DNA of 64,000 bases, from assembly GCA_964629815.1 (NCBI GenBank), contig CAZVTA010000003.1, forward strand, positions 112,721 to 176,720. The letters are read 5' to 3'. Below the pieces are notes generated by a model. It did not search any database, was not told the DNA's origin, and was given only the letters and a program-made list of their open reading frames with translations. The position numbers and the translations under genes are program-made. Position 1 is the stretch's first letter. Every line of letters begins with the position of its first letter. Below, one piece after another: positions 9,598 to 18,439 of this stretch. The stretch is from an uncultured Candidatus Saccharibacteria bacterium. GTDB taxonomy: Bacteria > Patescibacteriota > Saccharimonadia > Saccharimonadales > AWTP1-31.

Positions 9598-10821
9598 ATG
9601 GAGGAAAAGTTTACGGCCGCGTTCTTTGCGGCAAATCGTGAGCGTCTGCGGACGTTATTTGTAGGCAAGGCGCCTATTGTGCTTACAGCCAATGGCTTGC
9701 TTCAAAAATCAGCGGATACCGCCTTCCCATTCAAGCAGGACACCAGCTTTTGGTATTTTACGGGCATTACCGAACCCGATATTATCTTGGTAATTGATAA
9801 GCACAAAGAGTACCTTATTGTCCCCGACCGCGAGCCTATAAGAGAGGCGTTCGACGGTGCAATACAACACGAACAACTTACTCAGCAGTCGGGTATCGAG
9901 CAGGTTTTCGGCGAAGCCGACGGTTGGCGCCAACTGTCGGCCAAGGTCAAAAAAGTAAAACATATAGCCTCGCTCTCAGCGGCGCCCGCATATATTGATC
10001 ACTACGGTATGTTTACAAACCCAGCACGTGCCCGTTTAATGGCTAGAATAACCGAAATCAATCCATCTGTTGAGTTTCTCGACTTGCGGCCACATGTCAT
10101 AAAAATGCGCTCAGTAAAACAACCAGCAGAGCTGGCCGCCATTGAACAGGCGGTCGATAGCACGGTTACTGCGTTTAAGAAAATATCAAAAAAACTTACA
10201 CACTATGAGACCGAAAAAAATGTTGAACATGCATTTACCCAAGAGTTTATGAAGCACGGGCTTGTTCATGCCTACGACCCAATTGTTGCCACAGGAGCCA
10301 ATGCATGCACATTGCACTATGTCGATAACACGACTACGCTTGGGCAAAAAGACCTATTGCTTATAGATATTGGCGCCGAAGTAGACGGCTATGCTGCGGA
10401 TATAACGCGCACCTACGCCCTGGGTCCTGTGGGTCGCCGCAAACAGGCAGTATATAAAGCGGTCGTAGACGTGCAAGACTTCGCTTTTAGTTTGTATCGT
10501 CCCGGGGTTACAGTTCGTGCAGTCGAAAAACAAGTACAGCAATATATGGGTGAAAAGCTACGAGAGCTGGGACTTATAAAGAATATCGAAGCCGAAGAGA
10601 TTCATCGATACTATCCCCATGCAACCTCTCATTTCCTTGGACTCGATGTGCACGATATTGGCGATTATGATGCCTTACTCGAACCAAATATGGTACTGAC
10701 TGTCGAACCGGGTATTTACATCCCAGAAGAAGGTATTGGTATTCGCATTGAAGACGATATCGTCATAACCAACGAAGGAAACACGATATTGTCTCGTAAG
10801 TTGCCGCGAGACATAGTCTAA
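9598..10821 (+). CDS. M24B Xaa-Pro aminopeptidase family
   Basis: 407 aa; metal-ligand motifs DIGAEVDGYAADITRT, HATSHFLGLDVHD, EPGIY..GIRIED. Confidence 0.85.
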   Translation: MEEKFTAAFFAANRERLRTLFVGKAPIVLTANGLLQKSADTAFPFKQDTSFWYFTGITEPDIILVIDKHKEYLIVPDREPIREAFDGAIQHEQLTQQSGIEQVFGEADGWRQLSAKVKKVKHIASLSAAPAYIDHYGMFTNPARARLMARITEINPSVEFLDLRPHVIKMRSVKQPAELAAIEQAVDSTVTAFKKISKKLTHYETEKNVEHAFTQEFMKHGLVHAYDPIVATGANACTLHYVDNTTTLGQKDLLLIDIGAEVDGYAADITRTYALGPVGRRKQAVYKAVVDVQDFAFSLYRPGVTVRAVEKQVQQYMGEKLRELGLIKNIEAEEIHRYYPHATSHFLGLDVHDIGDYDALLEPNMVLTVEPGIYIPEEGIGIRIEDDIVITNEGNTILSRKLPRDIV

Positions 10822-10845
10822 GTGTGGTACAATAATACTTAAGCT

Positions 10846-11208
10846 ATGAAACGTCCACTTTCACGTTTTCTATTACGATGGTTCGTCTGCGCACTAGGCC
10901 TCTGGGTTGCAGCCGGATTGCTCGGTGGCCGTGTAGATTATGGTCAGCGACTCGGTGTTATTATTGTTTCGGGTCTTATCTTGGCGCTTGTAAATGCAGT
11001 CATCAAACCAATTGTTATAATTCTGTCTTTACCTGCCATTTTGTTTAGCCTTGGATTGTTCATGATTGTCATCAATGGGTTGATGGTAATGTTGGTTAGT
11101 AAGCTCTACGGCCCGTTGCAAGTTACTAACTTTGGTGCCGCAATGCTTGCTGGTATGGTCATTGGCTTGGTAAACTACTTAGTGACCACTATCTTGGAGG
11201 AAAAATGA
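10846..11208 (+). CDS. Phage-holin-4/DUF360-like small membrane protein
   Basis: 120 aa, 4 TM; LVNAVIKPIVIILSLPAILFSLGLFMIVINGLM pattern typical of the family. Confidence 0.65.
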   Translation: MKRPLSRFLLRWFVCALGLWVAAGLLGGRVDYGQRLGVIIVSGLILALVNAVIKPIVIILSLPAILFSLGLFMIVINGLMVMLVSKLYGPLQVTNFGAAMLAGMVIGLVNYLVTTILEEK

Positions 11209-11417
11209 ACATATTCAACTATATTACGATTGGTACGGCAGTTCTGCTGGTTATTTTGATTCTGATTCAAACACGTGGCGCTAGTTTAGGCGCAGGTCTC
11301 GGCGGGGGTGGCGAAATTAATTCTGTGCGACGTGGATCCGACAAAACAATACACCAACTAACCATCCTGTTGGTTGTGGTCTTTGCTTTGTCTTTGGTTC
11401 TTGGCGTTATAGTCTAG
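11205..11417 (+). CDS. secG: Preprotein translocase subunit SecG
   Basis: 70 aa, two TM; IQTRGASLGAGLGGGGE loop; ATGA overlap with the upstream gene. Confidence 0.7.
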   Translation: MNIFNYITIGTAVLLVILILIQTRGASLGAGLGGGGEINSVRRGSDKTIHQLTILLVVVFALSLVLGVIV

Positions 11418-11424
11418 GAGCACT

Positions 11425-13212
11425 ATGGTAGATCGAACTACAAAACTTCGTTGGCGTCGTCGATTTAGACGAAGTCAAAAGCAGGTTGAAGATCTGGGCG
11501 TACAGGCAGAAGAACAGTTAGAGAAGAATTTTTTTAAACGACTGAGTCGCTTAACCAAGGTTCGTCGATTCGTGACGGCATGGGTGCTGTTATTTGTTTT
11601 TCTTATAGCAGGTGTCTTGTATCAGGCGCGAGGTTTGGGTAAATTTTATCTAACGCCACAGCCTGCAACAGGGGGCATTTTTACCGAAGGAATCGTTGGC
11701 ACGTTTACTAACGCCAATCCAATCTATGCATCGGGAAGCGTCGACAACAGTGTAGCGCGACTTGTATTTGCAGGCTTGTTTAAATTCGATCAAAACAACA
11801 AGCTTATTGGCGATCTGGCCCGTACCTGGGAAGTAGACGAGAGTGGCAAAACATATACCGTAAAGCTCAAGCCAAATCTTAAGTGGCACGACGGCAAAGA
11901 TATTACCTCGCAAGATGTTGTTTATACCTATAGCATGATCAAAAACCCCGATGCAAAATCGGTACTGGCGAGCAGCTGGCAAGGTATCAAGGTAGAAGCG
12001 AAAGATAAGCTAACCATTGTGTTTACATTACCAAACCCACTCAGCGCATTTCCGTATTCTATGACAAACGGTATTGTGCCCAAACATAAACTCGACGGTA
12101 TACCGCCATCGCAGCTCCGTTCGGTTTCGTTTAACGCAACCAGCCCTGTCGGCTCGGGCCCGTTCAAGTGGGAGGCGGTAGAAGTGCTGGGTGGCGACGA
12201 TAGCGATAGTAGGGAACAGCGTATTGCTTTGCTGCCATTCGACGGCTATAACGGTGGCACTCCAAAAATAGACAAATACATTATTCGTGCTGCACGTAAC
12301 GAAGATAAGTTAATCGAAGCATTTAAAAACAAGAGTATCGACTCAATAGCAGGCCTCTCAAAGATGCCCGAAGCATTGTCAGACGACAAAGCTGTTAACG
12401 AATTTAATATTCCGCTTACCAGCGAAGTCATGGTATTCCTTAAGACCAATGTCGAAGGCTTAAACGACATTAAGGTGCGCCAAGCTATTGCGTATGCAAC
12501 AGATACGGGTAAGATTGTCGACGAAATTGGTCGGCCTGTTTCGCCAGTTCAGTCGCCGCTTTTGCCTGGACAAGTTGGGTACGATAAGTCAGTGCTGCAA
12601 AAAACCAACAATCTAGAAGAAGCAAAGAAATTACTGGATCAGGCTGGTTGGGCGTTGGGCGCAGATGGCTTGCGCTATAAAAACAATCGTCCATTAAGCT
12701 TTAAGTTTTACACTCAATCAAACCCAACATACGACTATGTCGCACAGTCATTAAAAGCGCAGTGGAAACGTGTTGGTGTAGATGCTGAGATTATTTCACA
12801 AGAAGATGTCGACTTTCAGTCTACGCTGAGCGCTCATATTTACGACGCTCTATTGTATGGCATAGCACTTGGACCAGACCCAGATGTGTTTGTGTACTGG
12901 CATAGTTCTCAGGTAGACCCTCGCGCGCCGGTACGATTAAACTTCTCAGAGTACAAATCGGGAGCAGCCGATAAAGCTCTTGAGGGTGGGCGGACACGTA
13001 ACGACCCTCTTGTGCGTGCGGCCAAGTACAAGCCGTTTCTAGAAGCGTGGCGAAACGATGTGCCGGCTATTGCGCTATATCAGCCAAAGTATTTGTATGT
13101 AACTCGACTCAAGATTGCAAACTTTGCGCCGAGCGCGCTCAATAGTGGAACAGACCGCCTCAATAATGTAGTTAACTGGCTTATTCGTGAGCAAGACCAA
13201 GTTATAAAATAA
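11425..13212 (+). CDS. ABC-type substrate-binding protein, family 5 (peptide/nickel), N-terminal TM anchor; no cognate permease adjacent
   Basis: 595 aa; family-5 SBP-like sequence throughout (..KWHDGKDITSQDVVYTY.., ..PDPDVFVYWHSSQ..). Confidence 0.75.
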   Translation: MVDRTTKLRWRRRFRRSQKQVEDLGVQAEEQLEKNFFKRLSRLTKVRRFVTAWVLLFVFLIAGVLYQARGLGKFYLTPQPATGGIFTEGIVGTFTNANPIYASGSVDNSVARLVFAGLFKFDQNNKLIGDLARTWEVDESGKTYTVKLKPNLKWHDGKDITSQDVVYTYSMIKNPDAKSVLASSWQGIKVEAKDKLTIVFTLPNPLSAFPYSMTNGIVPKHKLDGIPPSQLRSVSFNATSPVGSGPFKWEAVEVLGGDDSDSREQRIALLPFDGYNGGTPKIDKYIIRAARNEDKLIEAFKNKSIDSIAGLSKMPEALSDDKAVNEFNIPLTSEVMVFLKTNVEGLNDIKVRQAIAYATDTGKIVDEIGRPVSPVQSPLLPGQVGYDKSVLQKTNNLEEAKKLLDQAGWALGADGLRYKNNRPLSFKFYTQSNPTYDYVAQSLKAQWKRVGVDAEIISQEDVDFQSTLSAHIYDALLYGIALGPDPDVFVYWHSSQVDPRAPVRLNFSEYKSGAADKALEGGRTRNDPLVRAAKYKPFLEAWRNDVPAIALYQPKYLYVTRLKIANFAPSALNSGTDRLNNVVNWLIREQDQVIK

Positions 13213-13274
13213 TTTTGCATTTATTTACTCTATGATATAGTCAAAGCATAAAGACTTTATACGGTAGAGTTGGT

Positions 13275-13685
13275 ATGCAAAAACAAATATTTAAAACAAA
13301 GTTACGTACATTACTGATTGCGCTGGTTTTCGGCATTGTCGGCTGTGCATTGGTGGTAAGTAGCTTTGCGCAGTCGCGTGTAGACACGACCAATCCGGGA
13401 ACAATAGAGGTTCAGAAGATACGAATCGATGGTGCTGCCAACGAATTCGAATTCTCTGTTGCAAACAAGCTAACGTATTGCTTTATAGACAAAGGAATCC
13501 CTAGCGGTGGAGCAGCACTGAAGATAATGAAGCCGCGCGATCTACAAGACAAGATAACTCGCGTTGCCGAAGATACGGTGAAAGGTGAACTCTATTGCTT
13601 TAGGGTAGATAAAGCTTACAGCAATGTTCGCATGCAACTCATTGCGAAAGATGTAAATTCGGTCGTTTCGTTAAGTATTCGCTAA
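13275..13685 (+). CDS. Hypothetical secreted/anchored protein
   Basis: 136 aa with N-terminal signal/anchor LLIALVFGIVGCALVV. Confidence 0.5.
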   Translation: MQKQIFKTKLRTLLIALVFGIVGCALVVSSFAQSRVDTTNPGTIEVQKIRIDGAANEFEFSVANKLTYCFIDKGIPSGGAALKIMKPRDLQDKITRVAEDTVKGELYCFRVDKAYSNVRMQLIAKDVNSVVSLSIR

Positions 13686-13930
13686 ACGCGAACGCGTAAA
13701 TCTACTACATCAATCTCTGGTTGCTGTAAAACTAAGGCAACCATTTCTGACATACGCTCGCCACGATTATGGCCTATTGCATAGGCACCGTCTACAAGGA
13801 TTTCATCGAACGCGACTTTGCAGGCAGTTTCATAATCAAGCCCCATGTCTCGGAGGACCGTAAAACCGGCGTTACTTATCCATGCTTTTTCGATGAGTCT
13901 GTCTTGGTCGAATTGGTGTTCCATAAGCAT
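13682..13930 (-). CDS. Hypothetical small acidic protein
   Basis: 82 aa. TTGACT-16-TACAAT lies in the 38-nt gap upstream, with the second ATG 6 nt after the -10 box (leaderless layout). Confidence 0.4.
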   Translation of the reverse strand: MLMEHQFDQDRLIEKAWISNAGFTVLRDMGLDYETACKVAFDEILVDGAYAIGHNRGERMSEMVALVLQQPEIDVVDLRVRV

Positions 13931-13968
13931 ATTGTATGACGTTGTGCCGTTTAGTCAATGTCTGCTGA

Positions 13969-14196
13969 TTATGGCTGTACGCCCAGTATGCGATGAGTTG
14001 TCCGGATCCGTTTTGAAACGCCGGCTGGATTACGCGCATCAAGGTACGCAATGGCTTCATCTCTGCCAAGCATATCGCTGAGGCTCGCAACTTTACCGAT
14101 GGTCAATTCCCTGCCTACGGCCGTACTTTCTTGTGGCACTAGTTTTTGCTCAGGGATGGTCTGTTCGTTTCTCTCCATAGCTGTATTGAAATACAA
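13969..14196 (-). CDS. Hypothetical small protein
   Basis: 75-aa ORF upstream of, and in a different frame from, 13682-13930; no motif. Confidence 0.3.
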   Translation of the reverse strand: MYFNTAMERNEQTIPEQKLVPQESTAVGRELTIGKVASLSDMLGRDEAIAYLDARNPAGVSKRIRTTHRILGVQP

Positions 14197-14229
14197 AACG
14201 TCGATTGTGTAAAGACAGCGCGACAGTTG

Positions 14230-14529
14230 CTAGCGGTACATTAGTATGCCGACAATCATGATAACTTGCACTATAAGCCAGAGCGTATTTAGGACTATGA
14301 TTTGCGTATGCTTATATAAGTATCCGAACATAAGAAAGGGTATACAGCCAATACAATATAAAACCCACATGGCTAAGGATATTCCGGTAGAATCTTTGCT
14401 CTGGAACAAAAGCACAATTTGAGGAATTGCAGTCAAGGGCATTAATACTGCAAAAATAGAACAGACACGATTAATGAGTCGTTTTTCGTCTTTTTTAGAT
14501 ATGAAAAAGTGGTAACTTCTGTTTGGCAT
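14230..14529 (-). CDS. PQ-loop / SemiSWEET-like 3-TM protein
   Basis: 99 aa, 3 TM, PQ motif (LTAIPQIVLL). Clear paralog of 22772-23107. Confidence 0.6.
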   Translation of the reverse strand: MPNRSYHFFISKKDEKRLINRVCSIFAVLMPLTAIPQIVLLFQSKDSTGISLAMWVLYCIGCIPFLMFGYLYKHTQIIVLNTLWLIVQVIMIVGILMYR

Positions 14530-14561
14530 ATATCGTTGTTGACGATTTTATTTTAGCATAA

Positions 14562-14583
14562 GAAAAACGGCGCAACGCGCCGC
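14562..14583 (-). terminator. Hairpin GCGGCGC-GTT-GCGCCG + TTTTTCT closing the tRNA-Leu(CAG) complex
   Basis: Read on the minus strand directly after the duplicated ..CATCCGCACCA. Confidence 0.6.
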
Positions 14584-14606
14584 TAATTCTGACTTGAGCC
14601 TATTTC

Positions 14607-14746
14607 TGGTGCGGATGAGATGGCTTGTTCAGTTCCATCCGGAATATGAGCAGTGCGAACGAGCCGTTAGGCGAGCTTTAGGGGGAGGGGTACGAAATTT
14701 GGATTCACTCCATATTCGTACCGGAGGGGTTCACCCCTCCTGAATG
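14607..14746 (-). other. tRNA-Leu(CAG) 3'-half mimic with spacer. Hairpin GGAGGGG-TGAA-CCCCTCC is followed by a GGTACGAA/TTCGTACC hairpin. A T-arm-like hairpin GATGG-AACTGAACAAG-CCATC follows, and the mimic ends in T-CATCCGC-ACCA.
   Basis: The last 14 nt are identical to the tRNA 3' end (14747-14760). The pseudo T-stem differs from the real GGAGG/CCTCT by paired changes. Confidence 0.6.
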
Positions 14747-14833
14747 TGGTGCGGATGAGAGGACTTGAACCTCCACGGGGTTGCCCCCACTACGACCTGA
14801 ACGTAGCGCGTCTACCAATTCCGCCACATCCGC
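14747..14833 (-). tRNA. tRNA-Leu(CAG), type II, CCA encoded
   Basis: GCGGATG..CTACG-TTCAGGT-CGTAG..GGAGG-TTCAAGT-CCTCT-CATCCGC-ACCA folded by eye; 87 nt. Confidence 0.95.
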
Positions 14834-14917
14834 ATATGATTTGAATGTTAAAGGTACTTCAGATATGTAGATAGTGGGGTCCCCACAAAATTGATAGATT
14901 TTGAGGGGTAAGGTGTT

Positions 14918-14958
14918 GCGCGTCTACCATTCGCTAGACAGCGAACCGCCACATCCGC
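14918..14958 (-). other. Pseudo 5' fragment of tRNA-Leu(CAG): acceptor 5' strand + D-arm, with the D-loop AAT replaced by a 16-nt hairpin TTCGCT-GTCT-AGCGAA
   Basis: GCGGATGTGGCGG[TTCGCTGTCTAGCGAA]TGGTAGACGCGC versus the real GCGGATGTGGCGGAATTGGTAGACGCGC. A TTGCAG-17-TATTAT promoter-like sequence lies just upstream. Confidence 0.6.
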
Positions 14959-15082
14959 ATGTGATTTGTATTAACAGATGACATAATAGTCTATATGAAA
15001 CGTCACTGCAAATCTCACACAGCGGTCGTTTCGTATGGTATGATATATGCCAGAACTACTAATGCTTTAACTTCGAGGGAAC

Positions 15083-16720
15083 ATGAGTAAAGTTGCACAT
15101 TATCTACAAGAACACTTATTGGGCGAAGTAAGCACATCTGCAGATGTACGACGATTCTTTTCTACCGATGGCGGCGTTTTCACGGTTACACCGTCGCTCG
15201 TGGTGTATCCGCGCAACGAAAACGATGTGCGCAAAACTGCACGGTTCACCTGGCAACTGGCCGAACGTGGCCGCGTTATCCCAATCACTGCTCGTGGTAT
15301 GGGCACCGACCAAGGCGGTGCGGCTATTGGGAGTGGTATCTCGCTGGTCTTTCCAGCCCATATGAACAAGATTCTCGAATTCGACGGCAAAACGGGCGAC
15401 GTAACGATCGAGCCGGGTATTATCTACGGCAAACTACAACAAACGCTTCATACTCATGGTCGTTTTTTGCCACCGTTTCCGTCTAGCGTGGAATATTCTT
15501 CTATCGGTGGGGCGATTGCCAATAATGCGGGTGGGGAAAAGACAGTCAAATATGGTAGTACCCGAAAGTTTGTAAAGAGTTTACGTGTTGTGCTGGCAAA
15601 TGGCGAAGTTATCGAAACCAAGCGTTTAAACAAGCGAGAACTCAGTAAAAAAATGGGCCTTTCGTCGTTCGAGGGCGAAATTTACCGTGCACTCGACGCC
15701 ATGTTCGACGAAAATAAGCCAATTCTCGATACGATGAACCTTAACGTAAGTAAAAACTCTGCCGGCTATGCCTTGCAAGAGGTAAAGGGCAAAGACGGTT
15801 CGTTCGACCTGACTCCATTGTTTGTGGGTTCTCAGGGTACACTTGGTATAGTCACCGAAGCGCTTATTAGTACCGAATTACACAATGCTAACACCACACT
15901 CATTGCAGCCTATTTCGACGATATTCGTGTTGCCGAAGAAGCCGTGCAGCAGCTCTTAAAACTTCCCGAACAACCAAGTGCTATAGAAGTAGTCGACGAA
16001 AACCTGCTGAAGTTTATTGATCAGCATAATCCAAACCAGCTAAAAGGTATCGTTACCAAACCATTCCACAAGCTCATTGTGTTGATAGAATTCGACAACT
16101 TAAACGTGCGTATACAAAAACGCATGGTCAAAAAGGCTGTTAAGATTCTGAATAACTACCAAGTAAAACACCAGGTAGAGACCGACGAAGAAGAAAAAGA
16201 AAAGCTCTGGAAGATTCGTCATAGTGCTGCAGCGGTTATTTCGCACGCCGAAGGTAACCTCAAGGCGCTGCCAATTATCGAAGATGGTATTGTACCGCTC
16301 GAACAATTCCAAGCATATCTGCACGGTGTGTATGAATTGTTTGCGAAGTATAATTTGCAGTCTGCTGTGTGGGGGCATGCCGGAAACGCCAACCTACATA
16401 TGCAGCCATTTCTTGACCTCAGCCAAGTAGGCGACAGACAAAAGGTCTTTAAGCTCCTTGAAGAATACTACACTATGGTTATTAGTATGGGCGGTAGCAC
16501 CAGTGGCGAGCATAGCGATGGCCGGTTGCGCGCACCATTCTTGCCGCGACTATATGGCAAAGAAGTATATGCGCTGTTCCAAAAAACCAAACAGATTTTC
16601 GACCCTTACGGAACACTCAACCCAGGTGTCAAGATAGACGTTACGCTCGACGACATCAAACCACTCTTGCGACACGAATATTCTATGGATCACTTAGCGG
16701 CGCATTTGCCACGGACATAA
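15083..16720 (+). CDS. FAD-binding oxidoreductase (GlcD / D-lactate dehydrogenase family)
   Basis: 545 aa; FAD-binding PCMH-type N-terminal region (..RGMGTDQGGAAIG.., ..GGAIANNAGGEK..). Confidence 0.8.
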   Translation: MSKVAHYLQEHLLGEVSTSADVRRFFSTDGGVFTVTPSLVVYPRNENDVRKTARFTWQLAERGRVIPITARGMGTDQGGAAIGSGISLVFPAHMNKILEFDGKTGDVTIEPGIIYGKLQQTLHTHGRFLPPFPSSVEYSSIGGAIANNAGGEKTVKYGSTRKFVKSLRVVLANGEVIETKRLNKRELSKKMGLSSFEGEIYRALDAMFDENKPILDTMNLNVSKNSAGYALQEVKGKDGSFDLTPLFVGSQGTLGIVTEALISTELHNANTTLIAAYFDDIRVAEEAVQQLLKLPEQPSAIEVVDENLLKFIDQHNPNQLKGIVTKPFHKLIVLIEFDNLNVRIQKRMVKKAVKILNNYQVKHQVETDEEEKEKLWKIRHSAAAVISHAEGNLKALPIIEDGIVPLEQFQAYLHGVYELFAKYNLQSAVWGHAGNANLHMQPFLDLSQVGDRQKVFKLLEEYYTMVISMGGSTSGEHSDGRLRAPFLPRLYGKEVYALFQKTKQIFDPYGTLNPGVKIDVTLDDIKPLLRHEYSMDHLAAHLPRT

Positions 16721-16727
16721 AACTTGT

Positions 16728-17021
16728 ATGATACGGTGGGAAGATCCTGTTACATATGTGGGCATTACTGGTGTGGTGCTGGTGTTGTTTTCTATTTATC
16801 GAACGAGTATTGGTCGCTGGACCAATAAGTCTTTTTGGTACGAGCTCGATGTTGTTTTTGGTGCGTCCATGGTGGCGTTTTATCAGCTGCATGTCGGTGC
16901 GTACGTTACTGTCGTTACCAACATTGCTTATGCTGTGGTTGCGTTTCGTGGCCTTACATCGTTCGCAGAACGATACACGGTCAAAAAGAAACGAACCAGC
17001 CGAAAAAAACCAAAACGCTAA
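16728..17021 (+). CDS. Small membrane protein with basic C-terminal tail
   Basis: 97 aa, 3 predicted TM, KKKRTSRKKPKR tail. Confidence 0.4.
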   Translation: MIRWEDPVTYVGITGVVLVLFSIYRTSIGRWTNKSFWYELDVVFGASMVAFYQLHVGAYVTVVTNIAYAVVAFRGLTSFAERYTVKKKRTSRKKPKR

Positions 17022-17029
17022 CTTATCGT

Positions 17030-17980
17030 TCAGTCAAGTAGCAGAAACTCATCTGCTTTAGTAGGCGCAAGTCCTTCGGGGCTTACGCCAATAGCAAGAA
17101 AATATGCAACATATCGATTCATAAAACGGCCCCACGCAAATAGTACGTCGTCGATTGCCGTGTACTGGCCTTGTTTTAAAACAACGCGTTTTGTGGTCTC
17201 GTCTATTTTACTTTCGTCTGTCACAAAGCCAGAGTGCGAACCTTCACCAACGATGCCACGCTGTTTTAAAAACGAATAGTTTTCTACCGTTGTTGCAAAG
17301 GCGGTCCGCGCTACGGGGCAGCCTACACTTTCTCGCTTTGGTATGCTTCTGTGTACGAGTGCGGTTGCTTCTCTTGTGAGGCTAATAGTATGTAGGCCAG
17401 ACTTGGTGTCTACGACTATCTCGTAGGGTGACAAGACAGCATTACTTGTGTTTTCAAAAAATGATGCATTGTCATACTCGAAGGCCTTGCTGAACGTAAG
17501 TTCAGTGCTGCATATTGGTCCAAAGTCGCGTGCATTAGGTTGGTATCGCCCAATTTGCGCAAGTGCCATACTGCCAAGCATCGAGCCAAACCACCCGGTT
17601 TGATACAGCTTGGCATGGTCGGCAAGACTGAGTGGCTCTTCAAGTAAGCCTTCGCGCAGGCAGAACTTACTTATATCGTTGCCAATTGCCCCTGCCATCA
17701 TTCCGGTAAAATGCCGGTCTGCAAAGCCGTGTTTATATACATCTCTGCCGGAAAATTCAGTGACGCCGTGTTGTTCTGCAAAGGTGTCCTTCGCATCGTC
17801 GCTTATTTCTAGATAGATCTGTGACTCTTTACCAATATCGACAGCATCGCCAAACAGACCGATTCGATGTGGCTTAAGGGCGTCTATATCTGGGACAAGA
17901 CTTGCCCGTGCATGGTGCGTATAAATAGCGGGCGCAACCGTACCATGAAACTCTTTTCGTAACGTGTGCATATCGGACAT
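17030..17980 (-). CDS. Hypothetical protein (orphan)
   Basis: 316-aa ORF with no motif recognised. Checked for tyrosine-recombinase R..HxxR..Y and found none. Confidence 0.55.
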   Translation of the reverse strand: MSDMHTLRKEFHGTVAPAIYTHHARASLVPDIDALKPHRIGLFGDAVDIGKESQIYLEISDDAKDTFAEQHGVTEFSGRDVYKHGFADRHFTGMMAGAIGNDISKFCLREGLLEEPLSLADHAKLYQTGWFGSMLGSMALAQIGRYQPNARDFGPICSTELTFSKAFEYDNASFFENTSNAVLSPYEIVVDTKSGLHTISLTREATALVHRSIPKRESVGCPVARTAFATTVENYSFLKQRGIVGEGSHSGFVTDESKIDETTKRVVLKQGQYTAIDDVLFAWGRFMNRYVAYFLAIGVSPEGLAPTKADEFLLLD

Positions 17981-18102
17981 ACTTAAAAGTAATAATACAA
18001 CAAAATCAACATAAAGTAAATAGATAGAGAAGGCAAGCGTTGAAGAAAGAGTTGCAAAATTTACAGTAATTCAGTAGTATATTGTAGTTCATTTACAGAT
18101 AG

Positions 18103-18189
18103 GCGCGAGTGCTGGAATTGGTAGACAGGCTACGTTGAGGTCGTAGTGTTCGTAAGGACGTGGAGGTTCAAGTCCTCTCTCGCGCACCA
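18103..18189 (+). tRNA. tRNA-Leu(GAG), type II, CCA encoded
   Basis: GCGCGAG..CTACG-TTGAGGT-CGTAG..GGAGG-TTCAAGT-CCTCT-CTCGCGC-ACCA; 87 nt. Confidence 0.95.
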
Positions 18190-18198
18190 AAACAATAT

Positions 18199-18227
18199 GC
18201 CGACCTCGAAGGTCGGCTTGTTGTTTT
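18199..18227 (+). terminator. Intrinsic terminator after tRNA-Leu(GAG)
   Basis: GCCGACC-TCGAA-GGTCGGC followed by TTGTTGTTTT. Confidence 0.7.
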
Positions 18228-18254
18228 GTAGCCGGTGGATTTGAACCGATAGGT

Positions 18255-18339
18255 GAGAAATGCCAGTGGCATTTTGCAAGGAAACCTTCTCTTGAAAACT
18301 TGTTTTCAAAGACGAAGTTTCGGGCCCGCAGAATGTGGG
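18255..18339 (+). ncRNA. 85-nt three-hairpin module, copy B
   Basis: GAGA-AATGCC/AGT/GGCATT-TT-GCAAGG-P2(AAACCTTCTCTTGAAAAC..TTTTCAAAGACGAAGTTTC)-GGG-CCCGCA/GAA/TGTGGG. Lies between ..ATAGGT and CAAGTCC.., which is a T-loop context. Confidence 0.6.
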
Positions 18340-18360
18340 CAAGTCCTCTCTCGCGCACCA
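18340..18360 (+). repeat. 21-nt direct copy of the tRNA-Leu(GAG) 3' end (T-loop CAAGT through ACCA)
   Basis: CAAGTCCTCTCTCGCGCACCA is identical to 18169-18189. Confidence 0.9.
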
Positions 18361-18371
18361 AGCAAAATAGT

Positions 18372-18400
18372 AACGACCGAAAGGTCGTTTTTGATTTTTG
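18372..18400 (+). terminator. Second terminator closing the Leu(GAG) complex
   Basis: AACGACC-GAAA-GGTCGTT followed by TTTGATTTTT. Confidence 0.65.
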
Positions 18401-18405
18401 TACGG

Positions 18406-18433
18406 TTGACAGATTGGTTGGCTGGTATATATT
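18406..18433 (+). promoter_or_regulatory. TTGACA-16-TATATT promoter; ATG at 18440 lies 6 nt after the -10 box (leaderless)
   Basis: Read directly. Confidence 0.55.
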
Positions 18434-18439
18434 GAGGTC

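Noticed and set aside
13682-14196. Two small minus-strand ORFs as one frameshifted gene or a toxin-antitoxin pair.
   Set aside because: They are in different frames but separated by a 38-nt gap containing a good TTGACT-16-TACAAT promoter, so they look like separate transcription units. No TA family motif was recognised, so they were kept as low-confidence hypotheticals.
17030-17980. The 316-aa ORF next to tRNA-Leu(GAG) as a possible tyrosine integrase that would explain the tRNA-end duplications.
   Set aside because: No R..HxxR..Y catalytic pattern or integrase-like core is recognisable. No other recombinase or transposase candidate was found in the window.
18286-18317. The bulged P2 hairpin as an integron attC site, given the adjacent small promoterless-looking ORFs.
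   Set aside because: The AAAC/GTTT elements sit at the hairpin tip, not at the base as in R''/R' boxes. There is no intI, and the cassettes have their own promoters.
18255-18339. The module as a hammerhead ribozyme. GTGAGA / GAAAC resemble CUGAUGA / GAAA around three stems.
   Set aside because: GUGAGA lacks a core position. GAAAC is not conserved in copy C (GGGAGCC). The junction strands do not fit the hammerhead core.
18340-18360. The tRNA 3'-end copies acting as T-box-type tRNA sensors or as retroelement primer-binding sites.
   Set aside because: The copies are same-sense as the tRNA, not complementary to the NCCA end. A PBS reading would need an antisense transcript and a reverse transcriptase, and neither is evident.
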